This document shows positions 18,817 through 27,962 of a stretch of 64,000 nt of DNA, piece after piece. Each line of letters begins with the position of its first letter. Positions within the stretch are counted from its first letter, which is position 1. Source of the DNA: Verrucomicrobiales bacterium (lineage in GTDB: Bacteria > Verrucomicrobiota > Verrucomicrobiia > Limisphaerales > CANJXF01); assembly GCA_947478865.1 (NCBI GenBank), contig CANJXF010000013.1, positions 1,462 to 65,461 of the forward strand. The letters run 5' to 3'. Under the pieces are notes generated by a model. That model was not told the origin of the DNA. It did not search any database and saw nothing but the letters and a program-made list of their open reading frames with translations. The translations under genes and the position numbers were made by a program.

Positions 18817-20528
18817 AGCGGCGCGGCGAGCCGGTGTTCGGTGGAGGGCGACGTTGAGAGATTTTTTTCCACTTCCGCTTCAAGCAGTAACTTCCGCCGC
18901 AGCGGGCGCAGATGAAATATCTTGAACACCGAAACGAAGATCACGCCAAAGGAAGTCGACGAATACGCTGCCATCAGGCTGGGCTTGATGATGCCCATCG
19001 AGACCAGAATCAGGGAAATAATCGTTCCGGCAAAACCGAGATACAGACCCGCATCGAAGAGATGCTCTTCGTTTTCGAGCAGCTTTAGCTTCATCTGCGC
19101 CGGAAAAGTTTGCCGGCGGATTTCCGCCAGTTTGACAAGGCAGGCGACGTAGATCAGCGCTTGGAGGACGAAAAACAACAACAGGGTTAATAAACTTAAT
19201 TGATTCATAATGGATCGATTAGCACCGACGTTTTCAGCCGAAATGGCACTGCTCACCATGGGCAACTGCAGCCGAATGGGAAACTCCACATTCTGACTTT
19301 CCAAAGCGAGAAACGGCTCGCTCAAGAGTAACACAACCAGCAGAAAACCCATCCCAAACAATATCTCGCGGGCGACGTGAAACCCGCGCACCTGAAACGC
19401 TCGCTCCGGGATCGGCACGGGCGGCCGCGCAAAATGCATCGCCAGCGCCGACAAAAACCCTGCCAGCAAATATAAAAAACATTTCAGCCCCCACGCAATC
19501 TGGGGCATTCGCAACGGTAGATAGACCAGCGCGCCAGACAGTGCATTCAAATTTCCTGGGAAGTGCGAAACATAAAGGCGCTGGCTGCGCTGCAACAGTT
19601 CATTCACCCCACCCGCGCCAAAGTGGAGACTGGCAGTCAAATCCTTTGGGCCGGTTTGGCCGAACTTCATCAGAAAGCCGGCTGCGGCGGCGGGTTTCCC
19701 GGAAAGTTGGACGGCTGAGAACAGCGTTGGCAATTGCGCGTCAGCTCGGCGCACGAGGTTCGCCTGAAGACGGAGCGTTTCTGGATCGTCGATCTTTTCG
19801 ATGAACGAAACGAGTTGTCCGTAGTTGAATCTCTGGCCGAGCGACATGACATCGATGAGAATTTGCTCAATGGGTTGAGAATCTCCGCCGCGAAATGCAG
19901 CCGTGCCCGCTGCAGAAATGGCATTTACGAAACCCGGAGCCAGCTTTTGTCCTTCAACCATCAGACCGCAGAGCGCGAGCGCGGCATCGAAGGCTTGTCC
20001 CGACGATGATTGCGATGGCGAAAAAAGAACCGTGTTCGTCAGCGTCCGGCAGCGCAGCAGCTCTTGCACGACAGGCGACCGCGAACCCCGCAAGAACTGG
20101 AGCGCGTTCTCGCGATTTTCCGATCGAATTAGAAGGTCGGTAATCGGTTGAGTTTTGTGCAGCGAAGCGGCAAGCGGGGCTGCGCCTGAAGTTTTTTTCT
20201 CGAATTCCAGCAATGGTTTCAGTCCCGGCTCCATGCCCAGAACGGACACTGCCGGATTCGCCCTGGCGGCATTGGTAATCGCAGCGGAAAGTTTTTCGTA
20301 CCCCGGAATTTTTTCCAGTTGGGCGGCCTGCAAGAGCAACGTTGCCGCGCCATATTTTTTGTCAGCGACAAGCGTGAGACCCCGATCGATCAATCCAGAT
20401 GTGCCCCGCCCTGCTTGCTGAAGAACCTGTGCATCGACCGCGCGCAGGTGAATCGGCATCAGCCAACTGACCAGGAACGCCGCCAAAGCGCCGATCAAGC
20501 AAAGCGTAAATAGAACCCAGCGTTTCAT
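18813..20528 (-). CDS. Polytopic membrane protein with ExbB/TolQ/MotA-like C-terminal TM module and a ~320-aa N-terminal extracytoplasmic domain
   Basis: Six hydrophobic segments. The last two carry GLYLGFAGTIISL and AAYSSTSFGVIFVSVF, comparable to the ExbB motifs FVGLFGTVWGI and EALLATAIGLVAAIP. Confidence 0.5.
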   Translation of the reverse strand: MKRWVLFTLCLIGALAAFLVSWLMPIHLRAVDAQVLQQAGRGTSGLIDRGLTLVADKKYGAATLLLQAAQLEKIPGYEKLSAAITNAARANPAVSVLGMEPGLKPLLEFEKKTSGAAPLAASLHKTQPITDLLIRSENRENALQFLRGSRSPVVQELLRCRTLTNTVLFSPSQSSSGQAFDAALALCGLMVEGQKLAPGFVNAISAAGTAAFRGGDSQPIEQILIDVMSLGQRFNYGQLVSFIEKIDDPETLRLQANLVRRADAQLPTLFSAVQLSGKPAAAAGFLMKFGQTGPKDLTASLHFGAGGVNELLQRSQRLYVSHFPGNLNALSGALVYLPLRMPQIAWGLKCFLYLLAGFLSALAMHFARPPVPIPERAFQVRGFHVAREILFGMGFLLVVLLLSEPFLALESQNVEFPIRLQLPMVSSAISAENVGANRSIMNQLSLLTLLLFFVLQALIYVACLVKLAEIRRQTFPAQMKLKLLENEEHLFDAGLYLGFAGTIISLILVSMGIIKPSLMAAYSSTSFGVIFVSVFKIFHLRPLRRKLLLEAEVEKNLSTSPSTEHRLAAPL

Positions 20529-20801
20529 TTTAATAGGTCTTACAGTGATGCAAAGCGCCTCTTTATCCAGCGATTATTTTGCGACACGCTTTGCCCATGG
20601 GCGCTCGCCAGCTTATCTTAGATGCCGGGCTGGAGTGGAATATTCGCCTTTCCCCGAAATTTCTTAAACACCGGGATCAGGGCACCCAATCCGCCCGGGA
20701 TTCTTTACGCCTGAACGACATCAAGATGCGCGATTGATTGCTGTGCGACTTGACTCTGCAGCATTTCTGAACCTTTCTGTCTGAAAAAATATTCCAATCC
20801 A

Positions 20802-23504
20802 ATGATGTCCTCAATCTTACGCATTCTCTCCGTCGCAGTCTGTTTTCTGAACGTATTCGCCACGTTGGCGGCGCCCGCCAATTCGCCGAATGATCCCGTC
20901 GGGCCTTCCGCCGGCAATCGGTTGATGACTCCTGTGAACCAGTTGATTACCCCGTTTGGAAAACAGGTTGACCTGCCGGGGCTCCGGCCTCAGGCAATTG
21001 CACTTTCGCCCAATGGCCGCGTGCTGGCGGTTTCAGGCAAGACGAGCGAAGTGCTCATCGTTGACCCGGTTACCGGCGCGATTCGACAACGGGTGGCCCT
21101 CCCTCCAGAAGGGCAACGCGAACCGGCCCCAAAAGTTGCTTCGGCCAACATCCTTCAGCCCGACACCAAGGGGCAGGTCAGCTTCACCGGCATGATTTTC
21201 TCCCGCGACGGCCGCCAGCTGTTTCTCAGCAATGTCAACGGCAGCATCAAGGTGTTTGCCGTCGATACAAATGGCGTGGTGACGGCATCGCATTCCATGG
21301 CGCTGCCCCTCGCAAACGCTCCCCGCCGGAAAGAAGAAATTCCGACTGGCCTGGCCATTTCCGCCGATGGAAAAAAACTCTATGTCTGCGGGAACCTTTC
21401 CAATCAGCTGCTTGAATTGGACCTCGCAACTGGAAATGTGCTGCGCAAATTCGACGTCGGAGTCGCGCCTTACGATGTCGCGTTGGTCGGCAACAAAGCG
21501 TACGTGAGCAACTGGGGCGGCCGCCGTCCGAAACCCGGCGAACTCACCGGACCTGCCGGCCGCGGCACCGAGGTGAAAGTGGACCCCATCCGCCATATCG
21601 CCAATGAAGGTTCGGTAACCGTTCTCGATCTAAATGCAGCATCGCCCGCCAGCGCACTCAAAGCGGAAATCCTGGCGCAACTTCATTCTTCGGCACTCGC
21701 GGTTTCACCTGACCAGCGTTACGTGGTCTGTGCGAATGCCGCTTCGGACAATCTCAGCGTCATCGATACGCGCACCGATACCGTGGTGGAAACGATCTGG
21801 GCAAAACAAAGCCCCGCTGATCTGTTTGGCGCTTCGCCCAACGCTCTTTGTTTTGCATCGAATGGCAAAACTCTTTACGTCGCCAACGGCACCCAAAACG
21901 CCATCGCGCTCGTGGCCTTTTCCCCGCGTAATCGGTCCTCAAAACTGCTCGGCTTGATTCCCGTCGGTTGGTTTCCCGGAGCGCTCGCCTTCGATCAGGA
22001 GCGGAAGAGTTTGTACGTGGCAAATACCAAAGGTCACGCCACCGAGTCGCGACGGGATGGGGAAACCGGCAGGGAAGGTTTCAATTCACATCAATATTCC
22101 GGGTCTCTCTCGCTGGTTCCCTTGCCCAAAAACCGCGACCTGGCCGGTCTCTCCGCCATCGTCTACAAAAACTATCGCCACGAACGGCTCGCCTTGGCGC
22201 AGGCCAAACCTCGCCCCACCCAACCGCCCCGCCCCCTTCCCGAACGCATTGGCGAGTCCAGCCCCATTCGCCACGTGGTTTATGTGATTAAGGAAAATCG
22301 CACCTACGACCAAATCCTGGGCGACATGGTTCAGGGAAAAGGCGATTCCTCACTGTGCATTTTTGGCGAAAAGGTGACGCCGAATCAGCACAAGATGGCC
22401 AGCGAGTTTGTCCTGCTCGACAACACCTACTGCTGCGGAATCCTCAGCGCCGACGGCCATCAATGGAGCACGACCGCGTTTGGCACCGATTACCTGGAGA
22501 AATCGTTCGCCGGCTGGCCGAGGAGCTATCCCGACGGCATGGGCGAAGATGAAAACGATGCCATTGCCTATTCGCCCGCGGGTTTCATCTGGGATAACGC
22601 CGCGAAACACCGGATTTCGATTTGGAATTTCGGTGAATTTGCCCTCCCCGCCTGCCGTTGGACCGACCTCAAGCGCAAGGGCGAACCGACCTGGAAAGAT
22701 TATTGGGCGGAGTTCCAAAAACCTCGCGGTGAAGTGCTGATCTCCAGCCAGCCGAGCGTGGAAAGCATTCGACCCTACACGCCGACCAATTACGTCGGCT
22801 GGGAAATGGCGGTCCCGGATGTCTGGCGCGCTCGCCACATCACCAATCAACTGGCGCAATGGGAACGCGACGGCAAGATGCCTCAACTCGTCATCATTTG
22901 TCTGCCCAACGACCACACCAGCGGCACCAAGGCCGGAACTCCCACTCCGGCAGCGCTCGTCGCCGACAACGACCTTGCCTTCGGCCAGATTGTTGAAGCG
23001 TTGAGCCACTCTTCGTTTTGGAAATCGATGGCGATTTTTGGAATCGAAGACGACCCGCAAAACGGTTGGGACCACATCAGCGGCTACCGGACGACTTCCT
23101 ATCTCATCAGCCCTTGGGCCAAGCGCAAAACTGCCGTCAGCACGCAATACAACACCACCAGCCTGCTGCGCACGATGGAGCAAATCCTTGGAATGCCGCC
23201 GATGAACCAGTTCGACGCCACGGCCACGCCGATGTTCGACTGCTTCACCGACTCGCCGGATTACACGCCGTTCAAAGCGGTTGCGAACAACATCCCGCTC
23301 GATCAGATGAACCCGGAACCGAAAGCGATTCGCGGAGCGGCGCTGCGGCGCGATGCCTACGCCTCCGCACGATTGAACCTGCGCCGCCCCGATGCGTGCC
23401 CCGAAGACTTGCTGAACAAAATCCTGTGGCGCGCGATGAAAGGGACGGACGCGCCCTACCCTGCCTGGGCCGTGACCTTGCACGACGATGATGACGACGA
23501 TTGA
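20802..23504 (+). CDS. Bifunctional YncE/YVTN beta-propeller + phosphoesterase (PLC/AcpA-type) family protein
   Basis: Signal peptide. Repeated LSPNGRVLAV / ISADGKKLYV / SPDQRYVVCAN / ASNGKTLYVAN blades. Then VVYVIKENRTYDQILGD and ICLPNDHTSG. Ends in HDDDDDD. Confidence 0.75.
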   Translation: MMSSILRILSVAVCFLNVFATLAAPANSPNDPVGPSAGNRLMTPVNQLITPFGKQVDLPGLRPQAIALSPNGRVLAVSGKTSEVLIVDPVTGAIRQRVALPPEGQREPAPKVASANILQPDTKGQVSFTGMIFSRDGRQLFLSNVNGSIKVFAVDTNGVVTASHSMALPLANAPRRKEEIPTGLAISADGKKLYVCGNLSNQLLELDLATGNVLRKFDVGVAPYDVALVGNKAYVSNWGGRRPKPGELTGPAGRGTEVKVDPIRHIANEGSVTVLDLNAASPASALKAEILAQLHSSALAVSPDQRYVVCANAASDNLSVIDTRTDTVVETIWAKQSPADLFGASPNALCFASNGKTLYVANGTQNAIALVAFSPRNRSSKLLGLIPVGWFPGALAFDQERKSLYVANTKGHATESRRDGETGREGFNSHQYSGSLSLVPLPKNRDLAGLSAIVYKNYRHERLALAQAKPRPTQPPRPLPERIGESSPIRHVVYVIKENRTYDQILGDMVQGKGDSSLCIFGEKVTPNQHKMASEFVLLDNTYCCGILSADGHQWSTTAFGTDYLEKSFAGWPRSYPDGMGEDENDAIAYSPAGFIWDNAAKHRISIWNFGEFALPACRWTDLKRKGEPTWKDYWAEFQKPRGEVLISSQPSVESIRPYTPTNYVGWEMAVPDVWRARHITNQLAQWERDGKMPQLVIICLPNDHTSGTKAGTPTPAALVADNDLAFGQIVEALSHSSFWKSMAIFGIEDDPQNGWDHISGYRTTSYLISPWAKRKTAVSTQYNTTSLLRTMEQILGMPPMNQFDATATPMFDCFTDSPDYTPFKAVANNIPLDQMNPEPKAIRGAALRRDAYASARLNLRRPDACPEDLLNKILWRAMKGTDAPYPAWAVTLHDDDDDD

Positions 23505-23620
23505 TTTCCTCTGCTGATCAAATCACCCGCGCTTCGCCGAGACCCTGCGCGAAGCAAACCAGTTTGATCGAAGCCTGTCTTCATGCTTGCCGACGCGCGG
23601 TTCCGAACTAGAGTTTTCCT

Positions 23621-23992
23621 ATGCAACACGCTCCCGGATTCCTCAAGCTGGTCAACGAAGCCCGCCCGCTCGTCAACGAAATCACCATTGAAGCCGCCCG
23701 CGCCCGGCTCGCGCAAAATCCAAAAGCGATTTTTGTGGATGTCCGGGAAGATGACGAATGGAAAAAGGGCCACGCCGCCGAAGCGATTCACCTTGGCAAA
23801 GGGGTTTTGGAACGGGACCTGGAAGAAACCATTCCTGACACCAACGCCGAGATCATTATGTACTGCGGCGGCGGTTATCGCTCCGTGCTGACGGCTGACG
23901 TTGCCCAGAAGATGGGCTACAAAAACGTGGCGTCGCTCATCGGCGGCTACAAAGGTCTGGTCGCGGCGAACTGGCCGATGAAGGCGGAATAG
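23621..23992 (+). CDS. Rhodanese-like domain protein
   Basis: FVDVREDDEWKKGHAAEAIHL and active-site loop YCGGGYRS. 123 aa. Confidence 0.8.
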   Translation: MQHAPGFLKLVNEARPLVNEITIEAARARLAQNPKAIFVDVREDDEWKKGHAAEAIHLGKGVLERDLEETIPDTNAEIIMYCGGGYRSVLTADVAQKMGYKNVASLIGGYKGLVAANWPMKAE

Positions 23993-23995
23993 CCG

Positions 23996-24538
23996 TTACC
24001 TGCATTCGATCACCGAGGCGAATGCTTCAAAGTCTCGGAACGTCGGAAGCGAAAATGTTACCGCCAGCGTTGCTCCGGGATGGTTGATCCGAAAATCTTT
24101 CACGCCATCCAACATATATTGCGCGGCGTTCGCAGGCTCGACCCGTCCTTCTCCCGTTGCGAGGGCGGCAAAGGCAATTGAGGTTGCGCCGAGTTTAAAA
24201 GCCGCTTCCATTGCCGACGAAATCCCCTCGCGCAGCCGCTCCGGTTGGGGGCAATACGCACCCTGCGGCGTGTTTTTGATGATGGAAATGACATGGAGCA
24301 CCCAACGAGTTCCCGAAGCCTCCATTTTGAAAGAAGGCGTGACCGCAACGACGCCCACCTGCCGTGGCAGTTTCGCCAACTTGGCCCGCAGATCCACTAT
24401 TATTTCCGGCCCAGCCGCGGCCAGGACGGCTGCCGCCGCCCCACCGCTCATTTCCCCCGTGTCTTTAGCGCCATAGCCAATGGCGTCAACGGTTAGGGTT
24501 TGAATAGGCTCACGTGACAATGTGACTCCGGTGATCAT
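23996..24538 (-). CDS. Macro domain-containing protein (ADP-ribose binding/processing type)
   Basis: TVDAIGYGAKDTGEMSGGAAAAVLAAAGPEI matches the pattern VDAIVNAAN..L..GGGV..AI..aGpei. A later SIAFAALATGEG matches SIAFPaIstG. Confidence 0.55.
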   Translation of the reverse strand: MITGVTLSREPIQTLTVDAIGYGAKDTGEMSGGAAAAVLAAAGPEIIVDLRAKLAKLPRQVGVVAVTPSFKMEASGTRWVLHVISIIKNTPQGAYCPQPERLREGISSAMEAAFKLGATSIAFAALATGEGRVEPANAAQYMLDGVKDFRINHPGATLAVTFSLPTFRDFEAFASVIECR

Positions 24539-24558
24539 GCAATTCTCAAGACCAATGT

Positions 24559-25935
24559 TTAGACTTCCACGCTCAAACCCGGCTGCGGCTGGATGACTTT
24601 CATTTTTGGCCAGCGCGCTTTGATTTGTTGTTCAAACCATTGGCGCGCGTCCTCTTCGCCGTGGCCAAGCAAAACGGTGTGCGGTGAAACCTGGCCAACA
24701 AAATCCAGAAGTTCGTCGCGGTTGGCGTGCGCGGTCAGATCAAAATCCTGCACTTCGCAACGCTTGGTCAATTCGCCGCCGCTCGGGCTGAACATAAATT
24801 TCTCGCCCTGCTTGGCAGCTTTCAAACGTCCGCCCGGCGTGCTCGGGTCGGCGTAGCCCACGAAAAAGATTGCCTGTTTTTCGTCCTCGACCATGCGCAA
24901 CGCGAGTTCGTGCGCAGGCGTTTGCTCGGTCATCATGCCGGCGGTGATGACAAAAAGTTTTCCGCCGCCGAGCCGCATCTGTTCGGTTTGATTCCGCTCC
25001 GGCACAACCAGATTCAAGGCCTGGGTAAGCTTTAGGTTTTGGTGCGAGCGGCTGATGCGATGCGATTCCAAATCGTAGATTTCGGTGAAAACGCGACCGA
25101 GTCCACCGATGAAGACCGGTTGGTGCTTCAGCTTGCCAGCCTGCATCATCAACGCGAGTTGCGCCAAAATCTCCTGAGTTCGTCCGAGCGCGAACGTCGG
25201 GATCAGCACGGATCCTTTTCGATCGAGGACGCGTTGAATGGCTTGAGCGAGACGTTCCGCTTCCGCAGCGCGCGTGAAACCGGCAGGCACTTCGCGGTTG
25301 CCGCGGGTCGTCTCCATGATGAGGACGTCCGCTTTCACATCTTCAAACCGTGCGCTGCGCAAGATGGTTTGGTCGTGGAAACAAACGTCCCCCGTGTAAA
25401 ATACCGATTGTTTATCGGCGCGAATCATCACACCGGCTGAACCGAGCGCATGCCCGGCGTCATAGAACTCCAAGGTCGGCGAAAGAAATCCGCTCCGCGT
25501 TTTGTTGAAAGAAGCCCATTCGACTTCACGATTGTATTTGAAAGCCTGAAACCGCGCGGCGATTTCCTCGACTTCATCATGCGTAAAGAGCGGATATTCC
25601 TTGATCCCCATTTCGTCGCGCTGACGGGTCATCACGTTCACGGAATTGTGGAGCACCCGCTCAATGATGAAATAGCTCAACTCGCTCATCAAAACGTGCG
25701 CCTTGGGAAAATGGCGCAAAGCCACGGGCAGCGAGCCAACATGGTCGTGGTGGCAGTGAGTCAGGGCAATCGCGTCGAGTTCCTCTTTCGCAATTGCCGA
25801 ATAGAGCGGCAGACTGTCGAGTCCATCTCGTTTCGGATGGGTTCCCGCATCGAGCAAAATCCGGTTTCCTTCAATATCGACAAACCACGCACTCGCTCCG
25901 ATTCCTGTATCGGGGTTCAAATTTACAATTCGCAT
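24559..25935 (-). CDS. MBL-fold metallo-hydrolase, beta-CASP ribonuclease family
   Basis: LTHCHHDHVGSLP (HxHxDH). Length 458 aa, with a C-terminal GHGEE-type motif typical of the beta-CASP/RMMBL architecture. Confidence 0.8.
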   Translation of the reverse strand: MRIVNLNPDTGIGASAWFVDIEGNRILLDAGTHPKRDGLDSLPLYSAIAKEELDAIALTHCHHDHVGSLPVALRHFPKAHVLMSELSYFIIERVLHNSVNVMTRQRDEMGIKEYPLFTHDEVEEIAARFQAFKYNREVEWASFNKTRSGFLSPTLEFYDAGHALGSAGVMIRADKQSVFYTGDVCFHDQTILRSARFEDVKADVLIMETTRGNREVPAGFTRAAEAERLAQAIQRVLDRKGSVLIPTFALGRTQEILAQLALMMQAGKLKHQPVFIGGLGRVFTEIYDLESHRISRSHQNLKLTQALNLVVPERNQTEQMRLGGGKLFVITAGMMTEQTPAHELALRMVEDEKQAIFFVGYADPSTPGGRLKAAKQGEKFMFSPSGGELTKRCEVQDFDLTAHANRDELLDFVGQVSPHTVLLGHGEEDARQWFEQQIKARWPKMKVIQPQPGLSVEV

Positions 25936-26127
25936 TAATTAAAACGTCCCTTACGAACGAGCATTCTGCGAGTCTTAAATAAATTTCAAATTGTTTTGAA
26001 CAACTGGCGCAAGACCGCGTCAGAATTGGTGGTAGTAGTGGTATTCTTCCGAGAACGGCTGGGCGGTTTTGGTTTTTCCGGCCAGCCAGATTCCGGTGGA
26101 ATGGTTAGTTTGGTTGTTGGGGTGGAG

Positions 26128-26154
26128 GCGGGCACCGCAAGGTGCCCGCTTTTT
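26128..26154. terminator. GC-rich hairpin (strand assignment ambiguous)
   Basis: gcgggcacc-gcaa-ggtgcccgc, followed by ttttt on the + strand. On the - strand it lies 8 nt after the TAG (26158-26160) that closes the extended reading frame of the 26305-26907 gene. Confidence 0.4.
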
Positions 26155-26304
26155 CTTCTACTGGGTCGCTTTTTCGAGCATCCGCTGCATCATCGCTTGC
26201 TGAAGTTGCCCCATGCTGGTGTAACGAGTGGCGCCAACCGGCGGCTCAAATTGTTTACCGTCTGGCTTGGCCAATCGCACATCGCTGTATTTCAGAACGA
26301 CGGT

Positions 26305-26907
26305 TTAGCCTTTTTCAGTGGTTTCCATTTGGACCGGAAATCCCTGGAGATCAGTCGCGTTCCAGACAATTGCATCCTGCGTTTTCCCTTTGTCATCCGT
26401 CACGACTACCTTGCTTTTCTCGCAGGGATGGCCCGCCACAGTTTCTTTGCCTACGACGGTTTTGGTTATTTTAGGCTCTTTCCCGGAACTTTCCGCGTCG
26501 GCTGCAGACATGGCCTGTTCCACATAGATGTTGAGCCCTGGATAAGCAAGATAGGTCACCTTTTTATCCGGCCGCGAAATGAAAACGGTGCGGTCCGCGC
26601 CCATGTCTTTCATCTGGGTAATCAACGCCGAGGTCAGCATTTTGTTCTTCATTTTGCTCATGTCGGTCTCGGCGCGCATTTTTCCATCGAGCATGGCCAA
26701 ACTGAGGACCGCGCTGATCGTTTCGGCTCGCGTGTCGTCCAAAACGCGCATCTCGGTCGTTGCGGTAAAATTGGTGTGCCGGCCAAAAAGTTTAACCATG
26801 GCGCTGTTCAACGGAGCGCCGGTTGCTCCGGGAATTTGCGCCTGCAACAGGCAAGTAGAAGCGGCGAACAACACAGCGATGACACCCAGGCGATAGTTCA
26901 TTTTCAT
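26305..26907 (-). CDS. Secreted protein (LolA-like/DUF4412-like by pattern), interrupted by an in-frame TAA; the frame stays open to 26158
   Basis: Signal peptide MKMNYRLGVIAVLFAASTCLLQAQ. After TAA (26305-26307) the same frame reads TVVLKYSDVRLAKPDGKQFEPPVGATRYTSMGQLQQAMMQRMLEKATQ before a TAG. Confidence 0.6.
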   Translation of the reverse strand: MKMNYRLGVIAVLFAASTCLLQAQIPGATGAPLNSAMVKLFGRHTNFTATTEMRVLDDTRAETISAVLSLAMLDGKMRAETDMSKMKNKMLTSALITQMKDMGADRTVFISRPDKKVTYLAYPGLNIYVEQAMSAADAESSGKEPKITKTVVGKETVAGHPCEKSKVVVTDDKGKTQDAIVWNATDLQGFPVQMETTEKG

Positions 26908-26966
26908 AAATTCAAGTAGTTCAACAGTGACGAATTAAGACCGAAAAGCAACGCGAGTTCGGTAAA

Positions 26967-27944
26967 TTATTTTTCCAGAACCGCAGCGTAGCGTAATCCC
27001 CGAGTGCTGATCCGCAGTTCGGCAAATCCAAAACGCTCCATGATCGCTTCGTAAATCGCCAATCCAGTCAGGATGACGTCCGCGCGTTTCGGCGGGAGTC
27101 CGATGATCGTTTTTCGTTCCTCCATCGAAATATTCCACAGTCGATGCATGTGCGAATTGACGTCCCCCAGAGCGAGGCGCGCGGCTTCGATTTTCTCGCG
27201 ATCGAAGTCTGCCATCTTCATTTCCATTCGCGCCAGAATCGTCGCGGTGCCGCCGGTGCCGACGAGCAAAACTTTTTGGCATTGGTTCAATGCGGGTTCC
27301 AGCTCCGCTGCAATTTGCTCTTCTAAGAACTTCTTAAGCCATTGCCGACACTCCGCCAGCGCAGCCACGCCCGGCAGATCGCCCGGCTTGAGTTGTTCCA
27401 GCAGCCGCACCGACCCGAGGCGAAAGCTGTTTCGAAAATATTGATGATGGCCCTGGCCCAAAATGAATTCCGTGCTGCCGCCGCCGACGTCGATGATGAG
27501 CAAAGGCACCCCTGCCAGTTTCGGATCGCTTGCAACACCTCGGAAAACCCAATCGGCTTCCTGTTCCCCGGAAATAATTTCAACGGGCAAACCGGAGCTC
27601 GCCTGAATCGCGCCGAGCAGCTCATGCGCATTAATCGCATCACGAGCGGCGCTGGTGGCAATAACGCGAACGGCTTCCGCCCGCAAAAACTTGGCGTGAT
27701 CAGCGAAGTCCCCGACTGCTTGCGCCGTTCCAGCAATCGCTTCCGGCTGGAGCTGATGCGTATCGTAAAAACCGCGGCCCAACCGGGTCTGCTTGCTCTG
27801 TTCGTCGACCGGAATCACTTCAGAACCGGCGATATCCGCGACAAGGAGTTTCACGGAGTTCGTACCGACATCGATCACGGCGCGACGGGTTGCGGAAACG
27901 GAGGAACAAGAGGCGGTCGATGTCATGTGGCGGCTTTCTTCCAT
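26967..27944 (-). CDS. Ppx/GppA family phosphatase (exopolyphosphatase-type, N-terminal two-domain form)
   Basis: AVIDVGTNSVKLLVADI, LLIIDVGGGSTEF and LVGTGGTA, the ASKHA-fold phosphate motifs of Ppx/GppA. Confidence 0.8.
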   Translation of the reverse strand: MEESRHMTSTASCSSVSATRRAVIDVGTNSVKLLVADIAGSEVIPVDEQSKQTRLGRGFYDTHQLQPEAIAGTAQAVGDFADHAKFLRAEAVRVIATSAARDAINAHELLGAIQASSGLPVEIISGEQEADWVFRGVASDPKLAGVPLLIIDVGGGSTEFILGQGHHQYFRNSFRLGSVRLLEQLKPGDLPGVAALAECRQWLKKFLEEQIAAELEPALNQCQKVLLVGTGGTATILARMEMKMADFDREKIEAARLALGDVNSHMHRLWNISMEERKTIIGLPPKRADVILTGLAIYEAIMERFGFAELRISTRGLRYAAVLEK

Positions 27945-27962
27945 CTTTGGTTCCGGTTTCGG

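Noticed and set aside
17341-20528. Considered calling the motor-like pair a Zorya (ZorAB) anti-phage system.
   Set aside because: ZorA carries the long tail on the MotA-like subunit, and ZorB has a peptidoglycan-binding domain. Here the coiled coil is on the single-pass subunit, no OmpA/PG-binding motif is visible, and no ZorC/ZorD-like (or ZorE-type) gene is adjacent.
25940-26155. Candidate + strand small RNA ending at the hairpin/T-tract at 26128-26154.
   Set aside because: The hairpin sits 8 nt after the TAG that closes the extended reading frame of the - strand gene (see the in-frame TAA finding), so it is more simply that gene's 3' structure. I could not identify a promoter or a known RNA family by eye. 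Left as ambiguous rather than reported.
25996-26919. A 307-aa + strand ORF, plus many other long ORFs in the track (e.g. 16047-17186 -, 22350-23483 -, 33215-34282 +, 6243-7241 +, 12142-13008 +, 47254-48060 -, 48753-49553 -, 27342-28160 +).
   Set aside because: Each lies antisense to, or out of frame with, a gene that has clear family motifs. Their translations are Arg/Gly/Ala/Pro-rich and low in complexity, as expected for shadow ORFs in GC-rich DNA. None shows a recognisable motif.
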